Positions 29,339 through 39,896 of a stretch of 64,000 bases of DNA are shown here, in pieces. This DNA comes from Hyphomicrobiales bacterium (GTDB lineage Bacteria > Pseudomonadota > Alphaproteobacteria > Rhizobiales > JACESI01). Both the position numbers and the translations under genes were made by a program. Positions within the stretch are counted from its first letter, which is position 1; every line of letters begins with the position of its first letter. Below the pieces are notes generated by a model. That model worked only from the letters and a program-made list of their open reading frames with translations. It made no database searches and was not told the DNA's origin. The stretch spans positions 207,749 through 271,748 of the forward strand of contig JBDWKL010000043.1 in assembly GCA_039973685.1 (NCBI GenBank), read 5' to 3'.

Positions 29339-29386
29339 CTCTATTTTGTCGCCACGACTGAACAATGAATGGACGTTTAACTGATC

Positions 29387-31336
29387 ATGTCTTCAAACAC
29401 ACCAATCCACAAGCCGGATACGCCGTTGCTAGACACTGTCAATGTGCCCGCAGATTTGCGTAAATTGCCTGATAGTGACTTGCGCCAATTGGCCGATGAA
29501 TTGCGGCAGGAAGTTATTAGTGCCGTTTCCGTTACTGGCGGCCATTTAGGTTCCGGTTTGGGCGTGGTTGAACTAACTGTTGCGCTTCATCATGTGTTTA
29601 ACACACCGGATGATCGGATCATTTGGGACGTGGGCCACCAATGTTACCCACACAAAGTTCTCACTGGCCGCCGCGACCGTATTCGTACACTTCGCCAGCC
29701 AGAAGGCCTTTCAGGTTTTACAAAACGTTCTGAGAGTGAATATGACCCATTTGGTGCGGCTCACTCATCAACCTCTATTTCCGCAGGTCTCGGCATGGCT
29801 GTTGCCCGTGACCTTTCAGGCGGCAACAACAATGTTGTGTCAATCATTGGCGACGGCTCAATGTCTGCGGGCATGGCCTATGAAGCCATGAACAACGCAG
29901 GCGCGCTTGATGCCCGCCAAATCGTTATCTTGAACGACAATGAAATGTCGATTGCCCCGCCTGTGGGTGCCATGAGTGCCTATTTGGCGCGCCTTGTTTC
30001 CGGCAAGACGTATCGCTCTATGCGTGAGACGGCAAAACAACTAGCAGAAAATCTGCCGAAGTTCTTGCAGCGCAAAGCCGCGCAAGCAGAAGAATATGCC
30101 CGTAGCTTCGCAGCTGGCGGCGGCACCATGTTTGAAGAGCTTGGCTTCTTCTACGTTGGCCCAATTGATGGTCACAACCTTGATCACCTTCTTCCAATTC
30201 TTCGCAATGTACGCGATAGCAAAGAAGGTCCGATCCTTGTTCATGTGGTAACGCAAAAAGGCAAGGGCTACGAATACGCGGAAAGCTCGTCTGATAAATA
30301 TCACGGCGTGTCAAAATTCGACGTTATTACGGGCGCTCAGGTTAAAGCGAAATCTAACGCACCAAGCTACACCAAAGTATTCGGCACATCGCTGATTGAT
30401 GAAGCAACACGTGACGACAAAATCGTGGGTATCACCGCCGCTATGCCATCTGGCACGGGCATTGATGCTTTTGGCAGCGCGTTTCCTGACCGAACATTTG
30501 ATGTTGGTATCGCAGAACAACATGCCGTAACTTTTGCCGCTGGTATGGCGACAGAAGGCTACAAACCGTTCTGTGCGATTTACTCAACCTTCCTACAACG
30601 CGCTTATGACCAAGTGGTGCATGATGTGGCAATTCAAAGCCTGCCTGTGCGCTTTGCCATTGACCGTGCTGGCTTTGTTGGTGCGGATGGTTCAACTCAT
30701 GCGGGTTCATTCGATACGACTTATCTTGCCACCCTGCCAAACATGGTTGTGATGGCACCGTCTGATGAAGCAGAACTGATGCATATGGTTGCAACTGCTG
30801 CGGCCCTCGACGATAGACCATGTTCTTTCCGCTATCCACGCGGTGAAGGTATTGGCGTTGAAATGCCAGAGCGCGGTGAAGTTCTTGAAATCGGCAAAGG
30901 CCGTGTCATGAAAGAGGGCAACAGCGTTGCACTCCTAAGCTTCGGCAGCTCATTGAAACACGCGCTGCAAGCAGCAGAAGACTTGGATAGCCAAGGCCTT
31001 TCAACAACGGTTGCTGATGCTCGCTTTGCTAAACCACTTGATGGCGATTTGATTGCGGATCTTGCAAAGAACCACGATGTCTTGATCACCATTGAAGAAG
31101 GTGCTGTTGGCGGGTTTGGTAGCCATGTGCTGCAACACCTCACGGACAATGGCCTATTGGACGGCAATAATTTGCGCGTTCGTGCGATGGTTATGCCTGA
31201 TGTCTTCGTCGACCAGGAAAAGCCAGAAAATATGGTTTCTAATGCAGGCCTTGATAACACTGGCATCGTGAAAAAAGTGTTTGAAGCTTTGGGTAAAGAA
31301 ATGCCCGCCGAAGGTAACGGCACCTTGACCGCCTAA
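29387..31336 (+). CDS. dxs: 1-deoxy-D-xylulose-5-phosphate synthase
   Basis: It has [14 protein letters not shown], the GDG(S)..AGMAYEA.N TPP motif, and full-length DXS similarity. Confidence 0.96.
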   Translation: MSSNTPIHKPDTPLLDTVNVPADLRKLPDSDLRQLADELRQEVISAVSVTGGHLGSGLGVVELTVALHHVFNTPDDRIIWDVGHQCYPHKVLTGRRDRIRTLRQPEGLSGFTKRSESEYDPFGAAHSSTSISAGLGMAVARDLSGGNNNVVSIIGDGSMSAGMAYEAMNNAGALDARQIVILNDNEMSIAPPVGAMSAYLARLVSGKTYRSMRETAKQLAENLPKFLQRKAAQAEEYARSFAAGGGTMFEELGFFYVGPIDGHNLDHLLPILRNVRDSKEGPILVHVVTQKGKGYEYAESSSDKYHGVSKFDVITGAQVKAKSNAPSYTKVFGTSLIDEATRDDKIVGITAAMPSGTGIDAFGSAFPDRTFDVGIAEQHAVTFAAGMATEGYKPFCAIYSTFLQRAYDQVVHDVAIQSLPVRFAIDRAGFVGADGSTHAGSFDTTYLATLPNMVVMAPSDEAELMHMVATAAALDDRPCSFRYPRGEGIGVEMPERGEVLEIGKGRVMKEGNSVALLSFGSSLKHALQAAEDLDSQGLSTTVADARFAKPLDGDLIADLAKNHDVLITIEEGAVGGFGSHVLQHLTDNGLLDGNNLRVRAMVMPDVFVDQEKPENMVSNAGLDNTGIVKKVFEALGKEMPAEGNGTLTA

Positions 31337-31374
31337 TTGGGCAAGTAAAGCAAACCAATACAATCTATTTCAAA

Positions 31375-31406
31375 ACGCCATTTGCGACAGCAAGTGGCGT
31401 TTTTTG
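31375..31406 (+). terminator. Rho-independent terminator of dxs
   Basis: An 11-bp stem ACGCCATTTGC/GCAAGTGGCGT (one G-U pair) with a GACA loop is followed by TTTTTT. Confidence 0.85.
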
Positions 31407-31506
31407 TTATTGACAGATTTCAGAAATGGGCGCAAAGCGAACTCTAGTGATTTTCTTGTAACGGCCTGTTTTAACGCCGTGTAAGACCCTATTTCGAGAC
31501 ATTAAA

Positions 31507-32844
31507 ATGGCTGCTCTAATTGCTCCAGTATCAGCGTTGTTGCTGTCCGTTGCCCTATTGATGATGGGCCACGGGTTGCAAACGACTATTTTGCCAATCC
31601 GCGCGGAAATGGAAGCCTTTAGCGGCAGTGCTATTGGTATTATGTCATCCATGTTCTTCGTAGGCGTTGTGGGGGGCGGGTTACTCTCTCCCTATATCAT
31701 CGTGCGTGCAGGGCATATTCGCGCCTTTGCAGCCCTTATCTCGTTGGGTTCAGCCGCCGCTCTTATTCATCCCCTTGTGATTGATACATGGTTGTGGAGC
31801 TTTAGCCGCATGATTACAGGCTTTTGCGTCTCGGCAACTTATTTGATTTTTGAGAGTTGGCTAAACGAGCGCGCCACGAATTCGACCCGTGGGCTTGTCA
31901 TGTCCACCTATACGATTGTTGTCTACACAGGGATTATGATCGGGCAGCTCTCTACAATTTGGCTGGAAATATCAGGCTTTCAGGCTTTTGTTGTTTCTTC
32001 CATCGCGCTTTCCCTCGCCGTTATTCCAGTGGCACTCACAAAAAGTGCTCAGCCCGCCCCAATCGCCTTGGTGCGCTTTCGACCTTTGAAGCTTTACCAG
32101 ACATCACCGGCTGCGATTATCTCCATTGCTTTTGTGGGTCTGGCAATCGGTGCGCTGTTCTCGCTGCTACCTCTGTTTGGTTCGCAAACTGGCATGAGTT
32201 CTGACCTAATACCAATCCTAGCTGGTTCTTTGATGTTTGGCGGATTGATCTTGCAATATCCCTTAGGCCGCATGTCAGACAAGGTAGATCGGCGCATAGT
32301 TTTGATCGTTGGCGGTATTGGCACGGTCGTTGTTTGCCTCGTCATGGTCTATGGAAATTTCAAACACCCCTACGCGCTCATTGGCCTGACTGCTCTGCTT
32401 GGCGGCCTCTTGCAGCCGCTTTATTCTATCGCTGCTGCCCACGCTTATGACTACACAGAAACTGAAGACATGCTGGAAACCGCCGCAGGGATTTTGCTCG
32501 CCTACGGTATCGGTTCAATCTTTGGTCCAACCTTGGCAACCACGATGATGGAATATCAAGGACCAATGGGTCTGTTCTTAATGGTCGCCATTGCGCTTTC
32601 CATTTTAACGATCTTCCTCCTTCTCCGCCTCACACGCCGTGATGCACTGGCAACTGAGGACAAAGATGATTATGATCTCGCATCAGCTGCACCAATTGGT
32701 GGTATTATCGCGCCAGACCTATATGAAGGTGATGATGATTATGTTCTGGTTCCAGATGAATACGAAGCGGAAGCAGACTTTGACGAAGAAACAACCGCTG
32801 AAACACCATTTTCAGATGATGAAGAGAACGAGGGTACAGATTGA
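31507..32844 (+). CDS. MFS transporter with acidic C-terminal tail
   Basis: It has about 12 predicted TM helices and an MFS loop motif (GRMSDKVDRR). The last roughly 65 aa are rich in D/E. Confidence 0.85.
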   Translation: MAALIAPVSALLLSVALLMMGHGLQTTILPIRAEMEAFSGSAIGIMSSMFFVGVVGGGLLSPYIIVRAGHIRAFAALISLGSAAALIHPLVIDTWLWSFSRMITGFCVSATYLIFESWLNERATNSTRGLVMSTYTIVVYTGIMIGQLSTIWLEISGFQAFVVSSIALSLAVIPVALTKSAQPAPIALVRFRPLKLYQTSPAAIISIAFVGLAIGALFSLLPLFGSQTGMSSDLIPILAGSLMFGGLILQYPLGRMSDKVDRRIVLIVGGIGTVVVCLVMVYGNFKHPYALIGLTALLGGLLQPLYSIAAAHAYDYTETEDMLETAAGILLAYGIGSIFGPTLATTMMEYQGPMGLFLMVAIALSILTIFLLLRLTRRDALATEDKDDYDLASAAPIGGIIAPDLYEGDDDYVLVPDEYEAEADFDEETTAETPFSDDEENEGTD

Positions 32845-33620
32845 CCGATACCGGCGACCTACAACCATTTGCACGCCTTGACCAATTGATGGTGGAGCGC
32901 GGCATTGCACAAAGTCGCTCACGAGCCGCCGATGCTGTTTCTCGTGGCACGGTGATGGTCGATGGTGAAAAAGCCCTAAAGCCTGCCCAAAAAATTGCGC
33001 CCTCTTCCAACATCACGATAAACGACCCAGCAAGCGACTATGTTTCTCGCGCAGCCCTCAAACTCATCAATGCACTTGAGGAGTTCAGCTTCGATCCATC
33101 CGGTCGCACTTGCCTTGATATTGGCTGTTCAACGGGTGGCTTTACCCAAGTTTTAGAAAAGCGCGGTGCGGCACATATATTTGCGGTGGATGTGGGGCAT
33201 GACCAGTTTCACCCTTCTGTAAAAGAACTTGAAAACGTCACTCTGCACGAAGGCCTGAATATTCGTGACCTTGAAGCAGAGCACATCACACTCGACGGAG
33301 AGAGCGAACCCGCGCTTGATGCCATTGTTTGCGATGTGAGTTTCATCTCCTTAAAGCTCGCCCTTCCCGCAGCGCTCAAGCTTGCCAGCAAAGGCACATG
33401 GGCTGCTATCCTCGTTAAGCCACAATTTGAAGTTGGCAAAGAAGGCGTTGGCAAAGGCGGCATTGTGCGTGAAGAAGGTGCATCCTTGAAAGTTGCCGAA
33501 GAAACTGCCGAATGGCTCTCACAAATTGAGGGTTGGGAGGTGACAGGCTTGGTTGAATGCCCCATTACTGGCGGCGATGGAAACCAAGAATACATGCTAG
33601 GCGCACGCTTTAGCGGTTAA
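32841..33620 (+). CDS. tlyA: TlyA family rRNA (cytidine-2'-O)-methyltransferase
   Basis: It has an S4-like N-terminus (RLDQLMVERGIAQSRSRA) and an FtsJ-like domain (DIGCSTGGFT). Its TTG start overlaps the MFS stop (TTGA). Confidence 0.9.
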   Translation: MTDTGDLQPFARLDQLMVERGIAQSRSRAADAVSRGTVMVDGEKALKPAQKIAPSSNITINDPASDYVSRAALKLINALEEFSFDPSGRTCLDIGCSTGGFTQVLEKRGAAHIFAVDVGHDQFHPSVKELENVTLHEGLNIRDLEAEHITLDGESEPALDAIVCDVSFISLKLALPAALKLASKGTWAAILVKPQFEVGKEGVGKGGIVREEGASLKVAEETAEWLSQIEGWEVTGLVECPITGGDGNQEYMLGARFSG

Positions 33621-33628
33621 GGAATAAA

Positions 33629-34918
33629 ATGGCACGCGGACGGCGGCAATTTAAAAAACCTAAGAAGAAATCACCCGACCCAGTTCGCGGAACCTATACG
33701 ATCAAAGGCCTTGCCCATCGTGGTGACGGCATTGCGGTTGATGGCGAACGGTCAATCTTCATCTCACATACGCTGGAAGGTGAAACCGTTGAAGCCGATG
33801 TGGTCGGCGAACGCGGCATATTGGTTGACGTGTTAGAGCCTGCCAAAGATCGCGTTGAGGCACCTTGCGAACATTATCTTGAATGCGGCGGTTGTAACCT
33901 TCAGCATATGGAAAATGGAGCTTATCTAAGCTGGAAGAGTGAGCAGGTTGTTCATGCGCTTGAGGCTCAAGAAATTAAGCTCGCGCCCCAGCCGATCATT
34001 CCGATTGAAACAAAGACCCGCAGACGCGCAACCTTTTCTGCCACACGGTCAGGCAGCGATATAAAGTTCGGTTTTCAAGGCGCTAAAAGTCACCGCATTG
34101 AAGAGATTTCTTCGTGCCTTGTTATCGTGCCAGAAATTGAAAAGGCACTGCCGAAGCTTCGAAGCATTGCAGCAATCATCACACCCAAACGCGGCACCAT
34201 GAGAATGCACGTGTTGATGACGGACAATGGCCTTGATATTCGCCTTGATGACTTTGGCGATTGGCCTGATTTTGAAACTGAACGCGCATTGATGAACGCG
34301 GCAACAAAGCTCGGTCTTGCCCGCATTAGCCTTGGCCCCTCTATCTTGATTGAGCTTGATACACCGAGCCTACATTTTGGCGACGCCATTGCCCCTTTAT
34401 CCCCTGGTGCGTTTACGCAAGCCACCGCGCAATCAGAGCAAGCGCTGGTTGAGCTTGTGGTTGAGGGAACGAAGGGCTTCAAGCATGTCATCGACATGTT
34501 TGCAGGCTCAGGCACATTCGCCCTCAATTTGGCAAAGCATGGCCGTGTTCACGCGGCTGAAGGCGATAAGGCGGCTGTTCTTTCACTCGAAAAAGCAGCG
34601 CGCGCTACACCATCCCTAAAGCCAGTGACCAGCGAACAACGTGACCTATTTCGTCGCCCATTTATGGAAAAGGAATTGCGCAAGTTTGATACTGTAGTTC
34701 TCGACCCACCAAGGGCAGGCGCGAAAGAACAATGTGCGGAGCTTGCCAAATCTACGATTGAAAAAATTGTCTATGTTTCCTGCTCGCCATCCTCTTTTGC
34801 ACGGGATGCAAAAACGCTGATTGATGGCGGATACGTATTAAATCAAGTTTTTCCGGTGGACCAATTCCTTTTCTCTCACCATATTGAGTTAGTAGGGACT
34901 TTCAGCAAAGGCGAATAA
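33629..34918 (+). CDS. RumA/TrmA-family SAM-dependent RNA (uracil-5-)-methyltransferase
   Basis: It has a TRAM-like N-terminus, an Fe-S Cys cluster (CEHYLECGGCNLQH) and the C-terminal motifs DPPRAG and VYVSCSP. Confidence 0.88.
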   Translation: MARGRRQFKKPKKKSPDPVRGTYTIKGLAHRGDGIAVDGERSIFISHTLEGETVEADVVGERGILVDVLEPAKDRVEAPCEHYLECGGCNLQHMENGAYLSWKSEQVVHALEAQEIKLAPQPIIPIETKTRRRATFSATRSGSDIKFGFQGAKSHRIEEISSCLVIVPEIEKALPKLRSIAAIITPKRGTMRMHVLMTDNGLDIRLDDFGDWPDFETERALMNAATKLGLARISLGPSILIELDTPSLHFGDAIAPLSPGAFTQATAQSEQALVELVVEGTKGFKHVIDMFAGSGTFALNLAKHGRVHAAEGDKAAVLSLEKAARATPSLKPVTSEQRDLFRRPFMEKELRKFDTVVLDPPRAGAKEQCAELAKSTIEKIVYVSCSPSSFARDAKTLIDGGYVLNQVFPVDQFLFSHHIELVGTFSKGE

Positions 34919-34921
34919 GCC

Positions 34922-36001
34922 ATGAGTGAGAAACCGAATTTAGTCGAACAAGCCGCCACCCGCGTGGCTTATACAATGCAGCAAGGTGCACGGGTTGCTT
35001 GGTATACAGGGCAAGGCCTTGCCATGCGCCGCGTTGTGGCACGTATGGAACGTGATCTTCCACCCCCAAAACGCAGTTTCACGCCCCCTTCCACGCCGAC
35101 ACCCAAATTACCTGAATTGTTGCGCGGGGTTGCAAAGCTCATGGCGCAAGATATGGCCAATGTGGAAGCTGGTCTTTATCCCATGCCAAAAGATGAGCAA
35201 GGCGGACTGCCAAGTATTTTAAAACGCGCCCAGCGCTTTTTTGCTGATGCCCCAAAAGTACAAATGCGCCGCCGTGAAGATCGCCATCAAGAAGTTTATG
35301 AAGAACATCGCGGATCAAACGACCTGCCACGTTATTATTTGCAGAACTTCCATTTCCAAACCGATGGATGGATGTCACGGGAATCGGCAGAGCTTTATGA
35401 CACGCAGGTTGATGTACTGTTCCACGGGTCAACGGCTGCCATGCGGCGGATGGGTTTAGCGGAAATCGTCAAAGCGGCAAGCGGTAAAGACCAACGCAAA
35501 CTCTCCATGCTGGATGTTGCAACGGGCACAGGTACTTTGCTGCGCGATGTCGCGCGGGTGCTCCCTCGCCTGCCGATCATGGGCATTGATCTATCTGAAG
35601 AGTATTTAGAAGAAGCCCGCGAGCGCTTTGCTGATCGGCCCAACATTACCTTTCAACATGGCAACGCCGAGCATATGCCTGTGGCTGATGAAAGCGTTGA
35701 TATTGCCTCGTGTATTTATCTCTTCCACGAACTACCGCCAAAAGTGCGCCGTATCGTTGCGAAAGATATTTGCCGCGTTTTAAAATCCGGCGGCACGTTC
35801 GTTTATGTGGATTCACTGCAAACAGATGACACGCCCGCTTATAACGGGCTGCTGGAGAGCTTTCCTGAACTCTTCCATGAGCCTTACTACAAAGGCTATT
35901 TAACCGAAGATTTGGTTTCTATCTTTGAAGAAGCGGGCATGACGTTAGAAAAATCAACCCCGCACTTCTTTTCAAAGCTGATGGTTTTCACCAAGCCGTA
36001 A
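34922..36001 (+). CDS. Class I SAM-dependent methyltransferase with an uncharacterised N-terminal region of about 170 aa
   Basis: It has SAM motif I (LDVATGTGT) and a Methyltransf_11-like core (GGTFVYVD). I do not recognise the N-terminal half. Confidence 0.75.
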   Translation: MSEKPNLVEQAATRVAYTMQQGARVAWYTGQGLAMRRVVARMERDLPPPKRSFTPPSTPTPKLPELLRGVAKLMAQDMANVEAGLYPMPKDEQGGLPSILKRAQRFFADAPKVQMRRREDRHQEVYEEHRGSNDLPRYYLQNFHFQTDGWMSRESAELYDTQVDVLFHGSTAAMRRMGLAEIVKAASGKDQRKLSMLDVATGTGTLLRDVARVLPRLPIMGIDLSEEYLEEARERFADRPNITFQHGNAEHMPVADESVDIASCIYLFHELPPKVRRIVAKDICRVLKSGGTFVYVDSLQTDDTPAYNGLLESFPELFHEPYYKGYLTEDLVSIFEEAGMTLEKSTPHFFSKLMVFTKP

Positions 36002-36002
36002 C

Positions 36003-37121
36003 TTAAGTTAGCGGCACGGTTTCTTCGATTTCAATATCGAAACCATCAAGACCAACATAGTGCCGCTCGGTTGAAGAGAGCAGACGGATCGTGGTGACGT
36101 TTAATTCGCGAAGAATTTGCGCGCCAAGGCCGATCTCTTTCCATTCCTTTTTGCGCTCTTCAGATGAACCATGTTCTTCTTCGTCATCTTGAGACATGGT
36201 TGCTGTTCTCAATGCACGTTCAGATTCTGATGCAACGCCAACAGACCCTTCACGCAGATAGACGACGATGCCGCGTCCTTCTTTTGAAACTTTTTCAAGC
36301 GCAAGATCGAGTGTTTTGTCTGCACCGAAAGCATCACCAACAACCGATTCACGGTGAAGGCGAACGGGAATGCTGACACCATCGCGAATATCACCAAACA
36401 CAAGCGCCAAGTGCTGCATCGGGTCAAACGGTGTTTTAAAGGAAACGGCAACCGCCTCACCCACTTTGGTTTGCACGGTTTCTTCGCCAACAAGCTCCAC
36501 CAAAGTTTCGCTACGCTGACGGTAGGCAATGAGGTCTGCAACAGAAACGGTTTTAAGGCCGTGCTCTTCAGCAAAATCCTTCACCTGTGGTCCGCGCTTT
36601 ACAGTGCCATCGTCATTGACGAGTTCTGAGATCACGCCAACGGGATAAAGGTCTGCAAGCTTACAAAGATCGACCGCTGCTTCTGTATGACCAGAACGCA
36701 TCAACACGCCACCTTCGCGCGCGACAAGCGGGAAGATATGGCCGGGGCGCACAAAGTCATCAGCACCAGAATTAGGGTTTGCAAGACCGCGTACTGTAGA
36801 ACAGCGCTCTGCCGCTGAAATGCCTGTGGTCGTGTCATGGCGATAATCAACAGATACGGTGAAAGCCGTTGTATGCGGACTATCATTGTCTGATACCATC
36901 GCATTGAGGTTGAGGCGCTTTGCTTCTTCGCCTGTCATTGGCGCACAAACAATGCCGCTTGTGTGGCGAATGATGAAGGCCATTTTTTCAGGTGTCGTGT
37001 GAACAGCTGCGACAATCAAATCGCCTTCGTTCTCACGATCATCATCATCCATAACAACAACAATTTCACCCGCTTCAAACGCACGAATGGCGTCAACGAC
37101 TGATGTAAAATCTGTACTCAT
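36003..37121 (-). CDS. ribB: 3,4-dihydroxy-2-butanone-4-phosphate synthase fused to a degenerate GTP cyclohydrolase II-like domain (RibBX-type)
   Basis: The N-terminal half has DHBPS motifs (DDDDRENEGDLI, RSGHTEA). The C-terminal half aligns by eye with RibA (VRLHRES..GD) but contains no cysteine, so the Zn ligands are absent. Confidence 0.88.
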   Translation of the reverse strand: MSTDFTSVVDAIRAFEAGEIVVVMDDDDRENEGDLIVAAVHTTPEKMAFIIRHTSGIVCAPMTGEEAKRLNLNAMVSDNDSPHTTAFTVSVDYRHDTTTGISAAERCSTVRGLANPNSGADDFVRPGHIFPLVAREGGVLMRSGHTEAAVDLCKLADLYPVGVISELVNDDGTVKRGPQVKDFAEEHGLKTVSVADLIAYRQRSETLVELVGEETVQTKVGEAVAVSFKTPFDPMQHLALVFGDIRDGVSIPVRLHRESVVGDAFGADKTLDLALEKVSKEGRGIVVYLREGSVGVASESERALRTATMSQDDEEEHGSSEERKKEWKEIGLGAQILRELNVTTIRLLSSTERHYVGLDGFDIEIEETVPLT

Positions 37122-37126
37122 ATTCT

Positions 37127-38215
37127 TTATCCAACTTGGCCACGATGGCGCAGGAAATGATCAGCAAGGACGCAAGCCATCATAGCTTCGCCAATTGGCA
37201 CGGCGCGAATACCGACGCAAGGGTCATGACGGCCTTTGGTCATCACATCAACCTCATCACCAGAACGGGTAATACTTTGGCGCGGGGTGAGGATGGAGCT
37301 TGTCGGCTTAACAGCAAAACGCGCAACAACTGGCTCGCCTGTTGAGATACCACCCAACACACCGCCTGCATGATTGGAAAGGAACCGAGGTTTGCCCTCA
37401 TTGCCAATACGCATTTCATCAGCGTTTTCTTCGCCAGTCAGGGTCGCGGCTTCAAAGCCATTGCCAATCTCAACACCTTTAACAGCGTTGATCGACATCA
37501 TGGCAGACGCAATGTCTTGATCGAGCTTTGCATAAACAGGAGCACCAAGACCTGCGGGTACGCCTTCAGCAATTACTTCGATTACAGCACCGACAGAAGA
37601 GCCAGCTTTGCGAATGCCGTCTAAATAATCAGCCCATTCAATGGCAGCTTTAGCATCAGGACAGAAGAACGGGTTTTCGTTCACCTGATCCCAATCCCAA
37701 TTGTCATAGTTGACCTTATGTGGGCCAATTTGAACCATGGCGGCACGAATTGTCATCTCAGGGACAACTTTGCGCGCAATCGCACCAGCTGCCACACGCG
37801 CTGCGGTTTCGCGAGCAGACGAACGACCGCCGCCGCGATAATCACGAATACCGTATTTAGCATCATAGGTGTAATCAGCGTGGCCTGGACGATAGCGCTC
37901 TTTGATCTCGGAATAGTCTTTTGAGCGCTGGTCCGTGTTTTCAATCATCATGGAGATTGGTGTACCAGTGGTCATCAAAACACCGGTCTCATCATCAATC
38001 ATGGTGCCGGATAGAATTTTCACCTGATCAGGCTCTTGGCGCTGGGTGGTATATTTAGATTGACCCGGTTTGCGCTTATCCAAAAAGCTTTGAATTTCTT
38101 CTTCAGAAATAGCAATACGCGGTGGGCAACCGTCTACCACACAACCAAGTGCGGGACCGTGGCTTTCACCCCATGTGGTAAAGCGAAATAAGTGGCCGAA
38201 GCTATTGTGAGACAT
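37127..38215 (-). CDS. aroC: Chorismate synthase
   Basis: It has [20 protein letters not shown] and [12 protein letters not shown]. It lies 5 nt upstream of ribB. Confidence 0.96.
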   Translation of the reverse strand: MSHNSFGHLFRFTTWGESHGPALGCVVDGCPPRIAISEEEIQSFLDKRKPGQSKYTTQRQEPDQVKILSGTMIDDETGVLMTTGTPISMMIENTDQRSKDYSEIKERYRPGHADYTYDAKYGIRDYRGGGRSSARETAARVAAGAIARKVVPEMTIRAAMVQIGPHKVNYDNWDWDQVNENPFFCPDAKAAIEWADYLDGIRKAGSSVGAVIEVIAEGVPAGLGAPVYAKLDQDIASAMMSINAVKGVEIGNGFEAATLTGEENADEMRIGNEGKPRFLSNHAGGVLGGISTGEPVVARFAVKPTSSILTPRQSITRSGDEVDVMTKGRHDPCVGIRAVPIGEAMMACVLADHFLRHRGQVG

Positions 38216-38274
38216 CAAAAACCGTCGTTCTTCATAAGTTTAGATCATCGTCATAATCGCGAAACGGATAGAGG

Positions 38275-38871
38275 TCAAACCCAGCTGACAGAACCGTCTT
38301 CGATAATCATGATTTTATCTTGCGGGATAAGGGCGTTTGCGAGCGTTTCATTGTCGTGATCACTGAGGAGATAACGCAAACCCCGATTAACACCACCGTG
38401 TGAAACCACCACTAGCGGCCCATCAATTTCATCGACCCAACTACGAAGGCGGTCGGCAAGGTCTTGATAGCTTTCCCCCTGTGGTGGGCGAAAAGACCAC
38501 TTGTTTGCTTGACGCGCGGCCCATAGGTCACTTTGAGTTTCTTCAAGCTCAGTTACCGTGCGGCCTTCCCAGTCGCCAAAGGATAATTCTTTCAGGCGGT
38601 CATCGGTCTCATATGCCTCAGCCTCAAGTCCCATCTCACCACGGATAATTTCCATCGTCTCACGGGTACGCATAAGAGGAGAGGCAATGAAATTGACTTT
38701 CGCGGGATCAACCAGACCTTTAAGCGTTGCACCATTACGGCGCGCTTGGCCTCGACCGTTATCATTTAACGGAATGTCGCGAGTTCCTTGGAACCGCGCT
38801 TCAGCGTTCCAGTCAGTCTGACCGTGACGTACAAAATAGAGAATAGGCGTCATAACGCTCCTTAGTGGCAA
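38275..38871 (-). CDS. Histidine phosphatase family protein (phosphoglycerate mutase-like)
   Basis: It has the RHGQTDWN catalytic motif and a downstream SHGG motif. Confidence 0.88.
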   Translation of the reverse strand: MPLRSVMTPILYFVRHGQTDWNAEARFQGTRDIPLNDNGRGQARRNGATLKGLVDPAKVNFIASPLMRTRETMEIIRGEMGLEAEAYETDDRLKELSFGDWEGRTVTELEETQSDLWAARQANKWSFRPPQGESYQDLADRLRSWVDEIDGPLVVVSHGGVNRGLRYLLSDHDNETLANALIPQDKIMIIEDGSVSWV

Positions 38872-38929
38872 TTGTTGCCACGCGCTTTTTTAGGTCAGCC
38901 CCATGACGGTATTGTTGAGAGAGTTCTGC

Positions 38930-39760
38930 TTACTTATCAACGGTGATGTCAGGCGCATCAACAGCCTTCATGCCGATATTGTGGTAGCCAGAATCGACAT
39001 GATGCACTTCACCCGTCACACCACGTGACAGATCCGACAAGAGATAGAGCGCTGAATCGCCCACTTCCTCAATAGAAACCGTACGACGCAATGGCGCGTT
39101 ATACTCGTTCCATTTTAGGATATAGCGGAAATCGCCAATGCCAGATGCTGCCAATGTTTTGATTGGGCCAGCAGAAATCGCATTAACACGAATGTTCTTT
39201 GGACCAAGATCAACAGCCAAATATTTCACACTTGCTTCAAGAGCTGCTTTTGCAACACCCATCACATTGTAATGCGGCATAACTTTCTCAGCGCCGTAAT
39301 ATGTCAACGTAATGATAGACCCACCTTCAGGCATAAGTTTTTCAGCACGCTGGGTAATGGCAGTGAGTGAATAGCAAGAAATGTTCATTGTGCGGTCGAA
39401 ATTGGCTTCGGTCGTATCAACATAACGGCCCGTCAATTCGTCTTTGTCAGAAAAGGCGATGGCATGCACAACAAAATCGATTGTGCCCCATTCTTTTTCT
39501 ACAGCGTCGAACACAGCATCAATGCTGGATGCATCGGTTACATCGCAATTACCAAACACCACACCGCCGAGTTGTTCGGCCAAAGGTTCAACACGTTTTT
39601 TCAGCGCATCCCCTTGATAAGTGAAGCCCATCAAAGCACCATGATCAGCACATGCTTTAGCAATACCCCAAGCGATCGATCTGTTATTTGCAACGCCAAG
39701 GATCAAGCCCTTTTTGCCAGCCATCAAACCTGATGATGTCGCTGTTGTGCTCTGTGTCAT
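38930..39760 (-). CDS. fabI: Enoyl-[acyl-carrier-protein] reductase (NADH)
   Basis: It has the FabI pattern GVANNRSIAWGIA, Y..MGVAKAALE and ISAGPI.T. Confidence 0.94.
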   Translation of the reverse strand: MTQSTTATSSGLMAGKKGLILGVANNRSIAWGIAKACADHGALMGFTYQGDALKKRVEPLAEQLGGVVFGNCDVTDASSIDAVFDAVEKEWGTIDFVVHAIAFSDKDELTGRYVDTTEANFDRTMNISCYSLTAITQRAEKLMPEGGSIITLTYYGAEKVMPHYNVMGVAKAALEASVKYLAVDLGPKNIRVNAISAGPIKTLAASGIGDFRYILKWNEYNAPLRRTVSIEEVGDSALYLLSDLSRGVTGEVHHVDSGYHNIGMKAVDAPDITVDK

Positions 39761-39896
39761 TGAAAAGCCTCATAATTCAAAAATTCCGTAATTTTCTATG
39801 ACATAGCAGGTAACTGTCTTCAAGCTGTGTGTAGCAATTGTGGCGCACAGTTTTAATCGTTATGTTAACAACGATCACAAAATAGAACCCAACGTC

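Noticed and set aside
37122-38274. FMN riboswitch expected upstream of ribB, or an independent promoter for aroC-ribB.
   Set aside because: The gaps are only 5 nt (aroC-ribB) and 59 nt (phosphatase-aroC, measured to the preferred aroC start at 38215). That is too short for the roughly 140-nt FMN element, and no conserved FMN-box sequence was seen.
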